Shown: in pieces, positions 29,507 to 40,439 of the stretch
Position numbering within the stretch: the stretch's first letter is position 1
How the letters are laid out: every line of letters starts with the position of its first letter
Source: Candidatus Dojkabacteria bacterium
GTDB taxonomy: Bacteria; Patescibacteriota; Dojkabacteria; SC72
Length of the DNA: 64,000 nt
Direction: 5' to 3'
Assembly: GCA_040767225.1 (NCBI GenBank)
Contig: JAXGOY010000002.1
Coordinates: forward strand, 17,410-81,409
The notes under the pieces: model-generated
The model's database searches: none
Told to the model about the DNA's origin: nothing
The model's input: the letters and a program-made list of their open reading frames with translations, nothing else
Translations under genes and position numbers: made by a program

Positions 29507-30198
29507 TTAAACCTTATCAAAAGGTATGTAATCCCCAAAAGTAAGCCTATCTAACTTACTCTGCTTTCTAATATCTTTATACAAACACCTTCTCCTGAAG
29601 CAGAACAAAGATGGTATCTTTATCGCTCTCTATTAAAAAGCATAATTAAAGCCTTAGGATATCTAAGCTTAGTCTCAACAATTAACATATACTGATCTCC
29701 TTTTTTTGAAAACCAAAAACTATTAAGCATAAACCACTCATATAGTTTATTCCCTGTATCTATTCCCCTACTCGTTATCTTATGTTTAACAGTAACAGGG
29801 TTATTTGTTCCTGCTACATATATGAGAAAAACTAAAGCAACAACAGCAGCCATAAAGTAGTACTGACCTAAAATTGCAAGATAAAGAATAAAGACTAAAA
29901 CAAGAGCTAGAATGCCCCAGAAAGTCTTTGATTCAAAATTAAACTTATACCTATCAGGAGCCTCCCATTCAAACAGCTTAATATTCTGTACAACTTTTTT
30001 AGTAGGAATATCACTCTCTTCTAAGACAATTTCTTTTTGAGCAATCTTTTTCCTCTTCTCTGCCTTTTGTTTCTTCTTTGCCTCTTCTTTAAGCTTTGCG
30101 AGTTTTTCTTCTCTCTCCCTTAATTTCATTTCTCCAGAAAGAATCTCTTTTATGTCACTAAACTCATCTCCAATTGTTTCTTTAAAGCTTTTTGCCAT
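29507..30198 (-). CDS. Hypothetical 2-TM membrane protein (CPR DUF5673-like); C-terminus broken by two T-tract frameshifts
   Basis: LFEWEAP..TM-TM..ITSRGI...YEW..LNSFWF. Removing two T's extends it to LLIESDKDTIFVLLQEKVLYKDIRKQSKLDRLTFGDYIPFDKV* at 29507. Confidence 0.65.
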
Positions 30199-30209
30199 CT
30201 CTGGTTATA

Positions 30210-30608
30210 TCATATAACAAAGAAAGAGAAGATAACAAGAAAAAGAATACCTAAACCCCAATATATATCTAGTATATGAAAAAAATTAAGAAGAATTACA
30301 AAAAATACTCCAATCGTAAGTATCAGCCCAAACTTAATACACCACAGCCTTAAAACCCCGCAATCTTGTCTCTTTAAAAGAAAGGTAAGAACAAAGTATG
30401 AAAGAAGTACTGATATACAGCAAAAAATTACAAAAGAAAGAAGAGCTACAGTTGATATATTTAACCAATTATATACTCCATTCTCGTTTATTGGCTTAAA
30501 ACTTGAGAGAGAAAATAAATATAACAAAATTGCAACAGACAGGATCAATAAAAATAAAGTAACAAAGATAAATTTAAGATTTTTTGAGCTATAAGTTTTT
30601 GAATCCAT
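30210..30608 (-). CDS. Hypothetical 4-TM membrane protein
   Basis: ORF track; strongly hydrophobic. Confidence 0.65.
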   Translation of the reverse strand: MDSKTYSSKNLKFIFVTLFLLILSVAILLYLFSLSSFKPINENGVYNWLNISTVALLSFVIFCCISVLLSYFVLTFLLKRQDCGVLRLWCIKFGLILTIGVFFVILLNFFHILDIYWGLGILFLVIFSFFVI

Positions 30609-30658
30609 TAGCCTATGTAATATTCTCTGAAATTAAATTTTTAAATGTAAAAATAAAT

Positions 30659-31378
30659 ATGAATGTCTTAATTATAGAGAAATCTAAGACAATTTCACAT
30701 ATCATAAAAAGTACCCTTCTGGCATATGGTTATAATATCACAACAGATAATGAGGATTTTAATAGTGAAAACCTTTTAAGTAGAGGATTGTTTGAAATTG
30801 TAATACTAAATACAAATATAAATGGAAAGCATAGTACATTAGATATTTTAAAAAAGATTAAGGATGTAAAAGATAATAAATGCAAGATTCTTGGTATATG
30901 TAGTACAGGGACGTGGAAGGACAAAGTTGCATTTTTAAATAATGGAGGAGATGATGTACTCTCCTACCCTTTCCCTATGCAAGAGCTTCTTGCAAGAGTT
31001 CAATCTTTACTTAGAAGACCTCAAAGCTATATAGACAACAAATTGTATATTGGAGATGTTTTACTTGATACTACAAATAAAGTAGTTACTGCTAAAAATA
31101 GTGATGTACAGCTTAGAAAGAAAGAATACCAATTACTAGAGTATCTTGTTAGAAACAAAAATAGAACAGTAAGTAGATGTGAACTCTTAGACCATGTATG
31201 GGATTACAGAAGCTATACTGGCTCTAATACAATTGATGTACATGTAAAGAGATTAAGAGATAAACTTCCTGTAAAGGGACTAATCGAAACTGTACATGGA
31301 CAAGGTTACAGAATCAAAGAATTTAAAGCATCATCGGCATCACAAGATGAACAAAATCAGGATCATCTACAATCTTAA
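30659..31378 (+). CDS. OmpR/PhoB-family response regulator with degenerate receiver domain
   Basis: Start MNVLIIE at 30659; winged helix LRKKEYQLLEYL..SRCELLDHVW..SNTIDVHVKRLRDKL..IETVHGQGY. Confidence 0.88.
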   Translation: MNVLIIEKSKTISHIIKSTLLAYGYNITTDNEDFNSENLLSRGLFEIVILNTNINGKHSTLDILKKIKDVKDNKCKILGICSTGTWKDKVAFLNNGGDDVLSYPFPMQELLARVQSLLRRPQSYIDNKLYIGDVLLDTTNKVVTAKNSDVQLRKKEYQLLEYLVRNKNRTVSRCELLDHVWDYRSYTGSNTIDVHVKRLRDKLPVKGLIETVHGQGYRIKEFKASSASQDEQNQDHLQS

Positions 31379-32444
31379 ATACACCTGGTTTAATAGTTTC
31401 AGAGCACTCAAATATAATATCTTCAGAATCTATATGACTTAGAATATCAGCTAAAAGTCTTGAACTAAATGCTATTCTTAAAGCATCTCCTTCAATCTTT
31501 CCTTCAAATACACTCTTGTTGCTTCCTAAATCTGTTTGAGTTGCAGACATAGTAATCTTTCCTGTTTTAGGATCTATATCTAATATTATTTTATTCCCTA
31601 AAACACTCTTTGCAATAATATTTGTAACTTTAAGAGAGTTTAAGAAATCAGTTTTTGATACCTTACATAAAGTCTTGTATCCAGTAGGAATTATCTGCCT
31701 ATACTCAGGAAACTGACCATCAATGAGTCTAGAAACAAGGTCAACATCTCCATATCTAAACAAAACTTGATTCCTGTCTTCTATAAAGTACATCTCAATA
31801 TCATCATCTTCATCTATTTCACTTACAATATGTGAAAGCTCGAAAAGTGCTTTAACAGGAACAAGGATATTTATTTCCTTTGCAGCACTTGATTCCAGTT
31901 TAATAATCTGTCTTGAAAGCCTTAGTCCATCTGTACCAACAAAAGAAATGTTCTCACCAGAGATTTCTAACAAAACCCCAGTAAGTACTGGTTTAATATC
32001 ATCGGTAGCACAAGCAAATGCAACCCTGTTAACAGCCTTAATCAAATCATCTTTTTGTATTTTAAGAATAGGCTTTTCATCTGTAACAGTTGTAACAGAT
32101 GGAAACTCATCTGCAGCAATAGTATTAAAACTTGCAGAGTTATTAGTAGTAGAGATATTAAAAGTTTGATTATCCAAATTAGCCTCTATAGTATCAGCTG
32201 GTATAGATGTAACAAACTCTGTTAACTGCCTTGCTGGAACTGTAATCTTACCTTCTGATTTAACATCAGCACCTATCCATGTGTTAATACCTATCTCTAA
32301 ATCAGTTGCAGTCATAATTAACTTCCCTTTACTTGCTTCAAACTGAACATTGTTTAGTATTGGAAGCCCTGGTTTAGTGCTGACTACTCTACTTATTATA
32401 TTTAAGTATTTTGCTAATGTGTCTTGATTACATGAGAATTGCAT
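31323..32444 (-). CDS. dnaN: DNA polymerase III beta clamp
   Basis: ATDLEIGI, GTDGLRLS, SRLIDGQFPEY, LVMPM; downstream of dnaA. Confidence 0.97.
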   Translation of the reverse strand: MQFSCNQDTLAKYLNIISRVVSTKPGLPILNNVQFEASKGKLIMTATDLEIGINTWIGADVKSEGKITVPARQLTEFVTSIPADTIEANLDNQTFNISTTNNSASFNTIAADEFPSVTTVTDEKPILKIQKDDLIKAVNRVAFACATDDIKPVLTGVLLEISGENISFVGTDGLRLSRQIIKLESSAAKEINILVPVKALFELSHIVSEIDEDDDIEMYFIEDRNQVLFRYGDVDLVSRLIDGQFPEYRQIIPTGYKTLCKVSKTDFLNSLKVTNIIAKSVLGNKIILDIDPKTGKITMSATQTDLGSNKSVFEGKIEGDALRIAFSSRLLADILSHIDSEDIIFECSETIKPGVFKIVDDPDFVHLVMPMML

Positions 32445-32862
32445 TGTTCTTTTTATTTATTTTATATATGGCAGTTTTACTTCTATATTCTACTCGATAT
32501 TTTTTCTCTTTTCTACTGTTTTAATAAATATATATAAATAGTAGTAATAGTAGTAGAGAGTATGGATATGTGTAAAATTTAATAAAAATATTAAGTTTAA
32601 AAGATTCTTTACTTGATTTCCTGTGTTGATAATTCTGTGTATTTAATTAATATAAAAGTAATTAAATAGTGTTGTAAGATAATTAAAATTTAAAGAGTTT
32701 CCCAATGTGGAATATTCTTAAAAATTTGTGAATTTCTGTTGATATGTTTTATTAGGTAATTCCTGTATATCTAGCCCCTGTTTCTTATTTCAATACTTTC
32801 TATCCACAAAACCACCCAGATTATCCTATACTTTTCTTTAATAATCCACATAGTTATTCACA
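32445..32862. other. Replication origin oriC (dnaA-dnaN intergenic region)
   Basis: AT-rich tract, (TAG)n DnaA-trios 32539-32556, DnaA-box-like CTATCCACA 32800, TAATCCACA 32842, TTATTCACA 32854, TGTGGAATA near 32706. Confidence 0.85.
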
Positions 32863-34335
32863 TTATACAAACAGCTGAGTTCTGCACTCTTCTACTCTCT
32901 CTGCAAAGGCACTATCTTTTTGTATTTTCTTCTCTATTGTCTCACACCCATAAATAACAGTTGTATGATCTTTTCTTCCAACTGCATTTGCAATTGTACA
33001 TAGTGGAAGTTCAAGCTGGGTTCTTAGTAAATACATTACAACCTGTCTTGCTTGTGCAATATCACTAGTCCTTTTTTGACCTTTTATCATATTTACAGGA
33101 ATATCAAAAACTTCAGAGACAACATTTATTACTTTTTCAGGAGTGACCCTTTTTCTTTTACTCTCAATATCTATTTGTAAAAACCTAGCCACATCATCAT
33201 ATGAAGGTTCCATTCCGAGTCTAACCAATGTTATTACCTTATTTAGAGCACCTTCAAGTTCTCTTACACTGTTTTCTATATTTTTTGCAATTAAAACAAG
33301 AATATCTTTAGATATTGGAACACGTTTTTCCATAGCAATTAATTGTAGTATTGCTAATCTTGTCTCATACTCTGGAGGTTGTATATCACATACCATACCA
33401 CCCTCAAATCTAGTTCTTAACCTATCTGTAATATTTTTAATATCTTTAGGAGCTCTATCTGAAGCTAGCACTATTTGCTTGTTAGCTTGATACAGGGCAT
33501 TAAATGTATGGAATAGCTCCTCTTGTGTTTTAGGGTATGTCTCAACAAACTGTATGTCATCAATTATTAAAAGATCTACTTGTCTATATTTATTCCTAAA
33601 CTCTTCATTTTTCTTTGTTCTTATAGTCTCTATCATTTCATTAAGGAACTGTTCAATAGGGATATATACAACCTTTTTAGAAGGATTATCCTTTAAAACC
33701 TCATTTCCAATAGCCTGCATTAAATGAGTCTTTCCTACTCCAGATCTTCCATAGTAAAAAACAGGATTGTATGTCTTAGCACCACCTCCTTTCTCAATAT
33801 CAGAAACAACAGACTGTGCAACTGCCTCTGCAAGTCTATTGCTTGCACCTACAACAAAATTATTAAATGTATATCTAGGGTTTAAGTTTGCATTTATTGA
33901 TGCCTCAACATACTTCTTCTGCTTGCTCTCCATATCACTAAACAAATCAACAGGCTGAGTGGTATCCTTTTTTACAAACTTATACCTCTCTTTCTCCTTT
34001 TGAGTGTTATCTGCTTTTACAATAATCTCTATCTGGAAATTTTGACCTGTCGCCTTTGTTAAACAACTTTGTAAAAACTTACTGTAGTCTCTCAGTATCG
34101 TTTGTCTCTTAAATTCATTGCTACAGGAGATAACTGCAACACCATTTTGAATATTCTCTAAATATGTTCCATCAAACCATGAATCATACTCTACCCTATC
34201 AAGAACCATCTTTAAGTTTTCAGTAACTATCTTCCAGACATCATCCGTATCTAGTTGAGAAGCTGTATCCTGCTCAGCTTGCATCTGTGGCTTTGGAATA
34301 TTTTCTAAATACTGTTCAAAGTCAATTTTATCCAT
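32863..34335 (-). CDS. dnaA: Chromosomal replication initiator DnaA
   Basis: YTFNNFVVGASN, YNPVFYYGRSGVGKTHL, LLIIDDIQF, RELEGAL, GRKDHTTV. Confidence 0.98.
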   Translation of the reverse strand: MDKIDFEQYLENIPKPQMQAEQDTASQLDTDDVWKIVTENLKMVLDRVEYDSWFDGTYLENIQNGVAVISCSNEFKRQTILRDYSKFLQSCLTKATGQNFQIEIIVKADNTQKEKERYKFVKKDTTQPVDLFSDMESKQKKYVEASINANLNPRYTFNNFVVGASNRLAEAVAQSVVSDIEKGGGAKTYNPVFYYGRSGVGKTHLMQAIGNEVLKDNPSKKVVYIPIEQFLNEMIETIRTKKNEEFRNKYRQVDLLIIDDIQFVETYPKTQEELFHTFNALYQANKQIVLASDRAPKDIKNITDRLRTRFEGGMVCDIQPPEYETRLAILQLIAMEKRVPISKDILVLIAKNIENSVRELEGALNKVITLVRLGMEPSYDDVARFLQIDIESKRKRVTPEKVINVVSEVFDIPVNMIKGQKRTSDIAQARQVVMYLLRTQLELPLCTIANAVGRKDHTTVIYGCETIEKKIQKDSAFAERVEECRTQLFV

Positions 34336-34617
34336 ACTCTTTAAGTATTTATGATTTAATTAATTTCAGTATGAGGGCAGTCTATGGTCGATTGGGACTA
34401 ACTTTCATATTATATTGTTTTCCACAGAAATGTGGATATCTTTATAGCACTATTTAAAAAATTATTACTTTACAACAACTTTTTGTATGTTAAAGAATGT
34501 CTATCAGAAATATACATAGAGGAAGTTTTCTTCTTAGCATCAAAAAATTATAATATATTTGCTATATTCCCAAAAGGTAGGATATAATAGGCGTGCTTAA
34601 TAATTACATATATAAAT

Positions 34618-34800
34618 ATGAAAAGGACATATCAGCCTAAAAAGTTAAAAAGAATTAGAAAGTTTGGATTCCGTGCAAGAAATAAAGATGTAGGTGGAAA
34701 GAAAGTTTTAAAAAGAAGAATTGCAAAAGGAAGAAAAACTCTTACAGTTACAGATGAGTACAAATTAAAAAGAAAAAAGCCTTTATCAAAGGCAAGATAG
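34618..34800 (+). CDS. rpmH: 50S ribosomal protein L34
   Basis: [32 protein letters not shown]. Confidence 0.95.
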   Translation: MKRTYQPKKLKRIRKFGFRARNKDVGGKKVLKRRIAKGRKTLTVTDEYKLKRKKPLSKAR

Positions 34801-34813
34801 TGTATACTAAATA

Positions 34814-35149
34814 ATGCTTCCAAAAGAAAACAGATTAAGTAAAAAAGAATTCCAGAAACTTGATAAAAATGCTAGGAAATTTCGTGGTGAATATGGAATG
34901 ATTGTTCTTGAAAAGTACGAAGGGGAAAGCTCTAAGTTTGGCTTTATTGTAAGCAAAAAGATAGGCAATGCTGTACAAAGACATAAAATGACAAGAATAC
35001 TTAGAGATATAGCAAGAAAGCATTTAAGAAGTACACCTAATATTAAGGGAGTATATATAGCATATAAATATTGTGATGATTATGAAAAACTTGAAAAAGA
35101 TTTTACTAAACATTTTAAAGATGCCATTAAATATATTAAAGAGAGCTGA
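34814..35149 (+). CDS. rnpA: Ribonuclease P protein component
   Basis: MLPKENRL, FGFIVSKKIGNAVQRH. Confidence 0.92.
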   Translation: MLPKENRLSKKEFQKLDKNARKFRGEYGMIVLEKYEGESSKFGFIVSKKIGNAVQRHKMTRILRDIARKHLRSTPNIKGVYIAYKYCDDYEKLEKDFTKHFKDAIKYIKES

Positions 35150-35381
35150 ACTGCTTGTTATTAAGGCATATCAAAAAACTCTTTCTTTAGATCATGGTGT
35201 GTTAGGGAAAATATATCCTAATTTTAGGTCATGTAAATATACTCCAACTTGTTCAGAGTATGGATATACTGCTGTAGAAAGGTTTGGTATATTTAAAGGC
35301 AACTATCTTGCTCTTAAGAGATTTTTAAGATGTAATCCATGGACACAGGCAGGGCAGTTTGATCCTGTTCCTGAAAAATAG
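35121..35381 (+). CDS. yidD: Membrane protein insertion efficiency factor YidD (start uncertain)
   Basis: YQK.LS, CKYTPTCSEY, RFLRCNPW..G.FDPVP. Confidence 0.92.
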   Translation: MPLNILKRAELLVIKAYQKTLSLDHGVLGKIYPNFRSCKYTPTCSEYGYTAVERFGIFKGNYLALKRFLRCNPWTQAGQFDPVPEK

Positions 35382-35430
35382 ATTGGTATGGTGTATAATG
35401 CTTTAAATTTTAACATTTCTTTTTAATATT

Positions 35431-36297
35431 ATGTTTGCAACAATCTGGGAAACAGTATTTACTCACCCTTTTCTTAACTTAATGATTCTTTTTTATCACT
35501 TCTTTGGTGATAACCTAGGTCTTGCCATTTTAGGTATTGCAGTTATAGCGAGGCTTTTAATGATTCCATTGGTTAAGAAACAGACAAAGATGACTAAACA
35601 GATGGCAATGCTTAAGCCTGAACTTGATAAGCTACAGAAGAAGTATGGAAATGATAAAGAGAAATTAGCACAAGAGCAAGTTAAGCTTTATAAAAGGATA
35701 GGATATAATCCGCTTGGGTGCCTTGGTACTTTTGTTCCTCAGATAATAATTCTTTCTGTTTTGATTGGTGTTATACAAAGTGTTACAAATAGTAGTCTTG
35801 AAGGTCTTTATCCATGGGTTGTAGATATAACTGGGATAACAAGAGAGGCAAGTATTAATACACAATTTTTATTCTGGGATATGACTAAATCATTTAATAA
35901 TGTTTCAAAAGAGTTTGGTAGACTTTCTTCTCAAGCTCTTCCATATATTCTTCTTTCTTTAATGGTTGGTGTTACTCAGTATTTCACTACTTTGTTTACT
36001 CAAAAGATGCAAGAGGTTGGTAAGCCAAAGAAGAAAAAAGTAGAGAAGAAGAAAGAGAAAACACAAGAAGAAACAGTTGCTGCTATGCAGGAATCTATGC
36101 AGAAATCTACTATGTTAATGTTTCCTTTAATGACAGTTATATTTACAATTAGTATGCCTGCTGCACTTGGGTGGTACTGGTTACTTCAATCCTTGCTTTT
36201 AATTATTCAGTATATGTTATTAGATTTTGATAAAACAAAGAAAGGGGCTCAAAACCTTTTAGATGTATTTAAGAAAGATAAATTTAAAAAACAATAA
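35431..36297 (+). CDS. yidC: YidC/Oxa1 membrane insertase (short form)
   Basis: LGLAI...RLLMIPL, LKPELDKLQKKY, NPLGCL, FLFWDM, PAALGWYW. Confidence 0.93.
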   Translation: MFATIWETVFTHPFLNLMILFYHFFGDNLGLAILGIAVIARLLMIPLVKKQTKMTKQMAMLKPELDKLQKKYGNDKEKLAQEQVKLYKRIGYNPLGCLGTFVPQIIILSVLIGVIQSVTNSSLEGLYPWVVDITGITREASINTQFLFWDMTKSFNNVSKEFGRLSSQALPYILLSLMVGVTQYFTTLFTQKMQEVGKPKKKKVEKKKEKTQEETVAAMQESMQKSTMLMFPLMTVIFTISMPAALGWYWLLQSLLLIIQYMLLDFDKTKKGAQNLLDVFKKDKFKKQ

Positions 36298-36300
36298 TAT

Positions 36301-36825
36301 ATGGAAGATATAATAAAGAAAGAGCTTGATACTCTACTCTCTTTAATGGGTATAGAGGCACAGTATGATTTAAATGTAGAAGAGAGTAATGGTGTTAAGT
36401 ATATAAAGATTTCTTTTAATGGAGAAAACTTAGGTTATCTTATAGGTAATCATGGTAAGCATTTAGAATCTCTTCAGTATGTTTTTAGTTTAATCCTAAG
36501 AAAGAAGTTTGAAGAAGGAGTGGAGTATAGAGTATTAATGGATGTAGGGGGGTATAAAGAGGAAAGGAATAAAAAGATAGAGAGAATGGCATTACAAAAA
36601 GCAGATGATGCAAGAATATTGGGAGAGCCAATAGAGCTTGAACCTATGAGTCCTTCAGATAGAAGAGTAGTACATATGGCATTACAGGTATTTGATGATA
36701 TTAAGACAGAGAGTGTAGGAGAGGGTAATGATAGAAGAGTAAAAATTATTCCTATTAGTGATAAAGAGATATTAAAAGGATCTAATGATACAGATTCTGA
36801 TGATAAGGAAGAAAGCGAAGAGTAA
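36301..36825 (+). CDS. jag: Jag/EloR/KhpB KH-R3H RNA-binding protein
   Basis: LIGNHGKHLESLQ (KH), LEPMSPSDRRVVH (R3H), ESVGEG..RRVKI. Confidence 0.9.
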   Translation: MEDIIKKELDTLLSLMGIEAQYDLNVEESNGVKYIKISFNGENLGYLIGNHGKHLESLQYVFSLILRKKFEEGVEYRVLMDVGGYKEERNKKIERMALQKADDARILGEPIELEPMSPSDRRVVHMALQVFDDIKTESVGEGNDRRVKIIPISDKEILKGSNDTDSDDKEESEE

Positions 36826-36908
36826 GGTTTGTTAAACAAATTTACAGTAGTTAATAATAAAACTAATTTTCCTCCTTTGACGGCAGATTTATTTTTTTAT
36901 TTACCGAA

Positions 36909-37871
36909 TTATTTACACCCCGTGTCTTTATCGATAAGGGAGCTATTTATTTCCTTTTCATAATTTAATATAAATGTCGCATTAGAGATTTCCAGAGGCG
37001 ATAATTTGTTTTCACTATATTCAGGATCAATTTTATACCAGGGCAATTTATCAAAATAACAAGATAGGTCTTGGTGAACAAATTCCCTTCCATGGCGAGC
37101 GTAAATTTCATTTCTTGCTATCTTCAATTGCCATTCGGTTAATCCAGTTAAATCTTCTCTGGTAATAGATCTGGAATTGGAAAAAGGTAAAATAAATCCT
37201 TCTTCATCTGGGGCTTGAGATAATTCTGTATCCATTGGCGGAGTAGGCTCAACAGAAGGACGGTTAAAAGTTGAGGTGATCGCAATCTCTTCTTTGGGAT
37301 CAATTCTAATCTCAATTTTTGTTGAGCCATATTTATTATTGACCTCATTAGTAACATTGAGATCGGCTCTAAAATCGGCTTGTGCGATGTATAAAAATCC
37401 TCCCGATTTATCAGTGGCCATACCGCTAGGACCTAATTCCCAGTTATTAAGATCAACTAACTCTTCATAATATTTATAAGCAGTAGTCACTGAGTCATTT
37501 GTATAGAGAACTAAATCAAAATCATCATCGGCCTGTTCGCTTATAGTATTAGGATAATAAAAAGCTTGTTTAATAATTTCTTCTTTTGTTAAGGGTTTTG
37601 ATGTCGGAGATTCTGTTTCCTCGATTTTGATTACAGTTTTATCTTGGTTTTGAATATCTTTCTCAGTTAAAGAATTTTTACTATTTTGAAGTTTTGACCC
37701 TATCAATACTAAAATAGTTAAAATAATTAATAATCCTACTCCTAATATGATAAATGTCGCTAAACTATCCTTTGACTTTTTTACTGGTTGTCTGTTTACC
37801 AAGTCCTCTGATGATTTTTGATTATCTATCTCAATCTTTTCATTTTTGTTTTTATTTATTTGTTCTTCCAT
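36909..37871 (-). CDS. YARHG-domain membrane-anchored protein
   Basis: LKIARNEIYARHGREF...YF...WY. Confidence 0.88.
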   Translation of the reverse strand: MEEQINKNKNEKIEIDNQKSSEDLVNRQPVKKSKDSLATFIILGVGLLIILTILVLIGSKLQNSKNSLTEKDIQNQDKTVIKIEETESPTSKPLTKEEIIKQAFYYPNTISEQADDDFDLVLYTNDSVTTAYKYYEELVDLNNWELGPSGMATDKSGGFLYIAQADFRADLNVTNEVNNKYGSTKIEIRIDPKEEIAITSTFNRPSVEPTPPMDTELSQAPDEEGFILPFSNSRSITREDLTGLTEWQLKIARNEIYARHGREFVHQDLSCYFDKLPWYKIDPEYSENKLSPLEISNATFILNYEKEINSSLIDKDTGCK

Positions 37872-37889
37872 ATATTTTTAAAAAATAAT

Positions 37890-38422
37890 TAATATCAAAA
37901 GAAAATCTATCAAATAAGCTATTAACAATTAGCTTTAGTGCTTCCTGGAAAAAGTAGGGATTTATTAGATAAATTGCAACTAAAGATCCTATAGCAATAA
38001 TTATCGAAAGCCATTTAGTATACTTACCACGAGTTCTAAAAATTAAAATTGTTGATAAAGTTGCTTAGCAAAAGAGGGCCAAGATCTTAATATCACCTAA
38101 TGGCAACGTATAACCAGCGATATATTTCTCTTCTGCTCCAAAAAATCCCGCCAAATCAAAATTAACATTGAATATAATTAAAAATATCTCCAGAACCAAG
38201 ATAACTAAAAGCAAAATCGAGCTAAATTTAGTTGAAGCTCCTTCTTGGGTGCGGATAGCCTGTAGATTGTTGTCGGTAGTAAAAAAAACAAAATCCACAA
38301 GGATTTTTAGTTGCTAATCCGGCAAAAGCCCCTATTATTGCAATAATAGTTACTAGTGTGCAAACGCCAGCGGGATTTAATGAATCTAAGCTAAATTTTG
38401 CTTTGTCTTGAGAGTTATCCAT
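37890..38422 (-). pseudogene. Multi-TM membrane protein broken by several frameshifts
   Basis: Successive frames: MDNSQ..GLATKNP / AIRTQEGASTKFSSILLL..LPLGDIKIL / LSTILIFRTRGKYTKWLSIIIAIG..LFDRFSF. Confidence 0.6.
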
Positions 38423-38461
38423 AAATTAATAAAATTTATAATTTATAAACTTCTAAGGGTG

Positions 38462-38908
38462 CTACTCTATATCAGAGCCAAGCTCTCTCATTTTTTCTTT
38501 AATTTTTTCATAAACCTCATCATCTCCAACTCTATCGTCACAATATTCATTAAAATAATCAGATTCACCGTCTACCCCATATTTTTTCTCTAACTCTTCC
38601 ATCTTTTTGCTATATTCTAATATCATAGGATCTGCAAGATCTGATTCTGCTATACGAAAAGCGTAAGCTAGTATTTCAATACAGGCCTCATCACTTATAT
38701 TCCCTGTATTGGGAGTTTTCGTTTCATTAGAAGTAGTATTGGGTGATTCGTCAGAATCTTCTTCGGTCGAAGTTATTGGGAGATTATTATTTTTTTCTGG
38801 ATCATAATCGATGTTTTTTTTAAATAAAAAGTCACTTTGATAAATAAATAATAAAATACATATAACTATTAATACGCCTATCAAAAAAATAATATTTTTT
38901 TTACTCAT
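38462..38908 (-). CDS. Hypothetical membrane-anchored acidic protein
   Basis: N-terminal TM, low-complexity linker, two Cys. Confidence 0.65.
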   Translation of the reverse strand: MSKKNIIFLIGVLIVICILLFIYQSDFLFKKNIDYDPEKNNNLPITSTEEDSDESPNTTSNETKTPNTGNISDEACIEILAYAFRIAESDLADPMILEYSKKMEELEKKYGVDGESDYFNEYCDDRVGDDEVYEKIKEKMRELGSDIE

Positions 38909-38984
38909 ATCGTAATGTATTTAATTAGTAAATTACTACCCTAAATACTAGTATAATATAAAAAATATTTTTATCAAATCATAC

Positions 38985-40091
38985 TTAAAAAATGTTAATT
39001 ATTACAATAACAAAGAGATAATCTCTAAGTATCATGTCTTCAATTTCTTCTCTATTCATATATCCTTCTTTTTCTAAACAACTATTTAAAGGAACAATTA
39101 AATGATCGATGAAAGTCATCCCCGTCATGAGTAACCTTTGTAATAGTATTAAATTTGTTAATGATTGACAAAATAGCTTACGCTTGGTGCGCAATGCAAA
39201 GAAGTTAAAAGTCCACCAGAAATTAGAAAATTTTTTACTTGAATTGCTTGAAGTATTTTACCACCTATGAGAAGATCTTCCTTTTTAAAAGCATCGGGAG
39301 AATTTGACTCTATCGTCGTTACTGCCACCTGAAGCTTGAATTTTTGTTATTGTTCCATCTGGATTTTTAATTTAATTGTCCTATCTTTCTTTTTCTCTTT
39401 CTTGATTTTTGGTTTTATGGGAAGACTAAAATAAACTGCGGGATATTGCTTAAATTTGCCTATTTCATATTTTATATTTGATGTTTGGGCACTTTTTATC
39501 ATTTGAGCGAGCTTCTTTCATCATTTCTAATATTTTATTTATATTTTCTGTGCTATTCCCTTGTTTTTTCATTTCCTCCACTATTAAAGGATTTGTAAAT
39601 GCTTCTTCAATAGTCATATTATTTGGCGCACCCGGTATCGGTGTTCCTGCCAAACCTTTGGTAAATTGAGTTGCAAGATTTTCCAGCGCTTGAGAGGCAA
39701 CTTTCTCTTCTTTATAATTTATTACAGATATGTCTGTAATATGGTCATATTCTCGGAAAAACTTTATTTACATTATCTCTCATATCTTGAATATCTTTAA
39801 CGGTAAGTTGGGTTATCAGTCCTGTTTGAACGGCAAAAGTCATTGCATCATAAAAATCAGCCATTTTGCCTTTTTTTGTGATAATTCCAAAGGTTGAGTA
39901 GTTTCTGTTATATTGCCTCTTACTTCTGTTTTAATAATTTTGTTTCTTTCTCCTTTTCCAAGATCCATAAAAACTTCGGGATTTAAGTGTCCTAATTTAA
40001 AAATTAACTGCTGTTTATTTATCATTTCGTCAAGCACTTTCCACCTTTTAGTATCTATAATCTTTTCAATTTTTATGTCTTTTTTTATCAT
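38985..40091 (-). pseudogene. Fragmented hypothetical gene(s)
   Basis: Three co-linear short ORFs (39840-40091, 39465-39653, 38985-39194) separated by coding-like sequence. Confidence 0.45.
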
Positions 40092-40095
40092 ATTT

Positions 40096-40310
40096 TTATT
40101 TAATTAAATCATCGACACCAATACCTAGACCTTTAGCTATTTTCATAACCGTTTGAATTGAAGGTTTGTTATTACATTTGTTTCAATTTTAGTTAGTGTT
40201 GTATAGGGGAGATCGGATTTTCTCCCCAATTCATCTTGCATTAATCCCTGCTTATTTCTTAGCAGTTTTATCTTATTCTCAATTGTTTCGTTCTTTTTCT
40301 GACTTTTTAT
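40096..40310 (-). pseudogene. XRE/Cro-family HTH regulator (controller-protein-like), ATA at expected start and one frameshift
   Basis: Manual translation: IKLLRNKQGLMQDELGRKSDLPYTTLTKIETNVIT / KPSIQTVMKIAKGLGIGVDDLIK*. Confidence 0.75.
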
Positions 40311-40439
40311 AGCTTCCTAAGTATGATAACAATAATATGGATGCTTGTCTAACTCCTCATAAAATATAATTCTTGGATATAAAGTATTTTTATGATTTCT
40401 ATTCAAAGGTTTAGTATAGGAAGAAGAGTATTAAGTTTT

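Noticed and set aside
29353-29538. 61-aa ORF, and likewise 41198-41401
   Set aside because: Both overlap tRNA genes
34618-34800. L34 C-terminal extension of about 15 aa
   Set aside because: Real but minor; basic tails on ribosomal proteins are common and imply no new function
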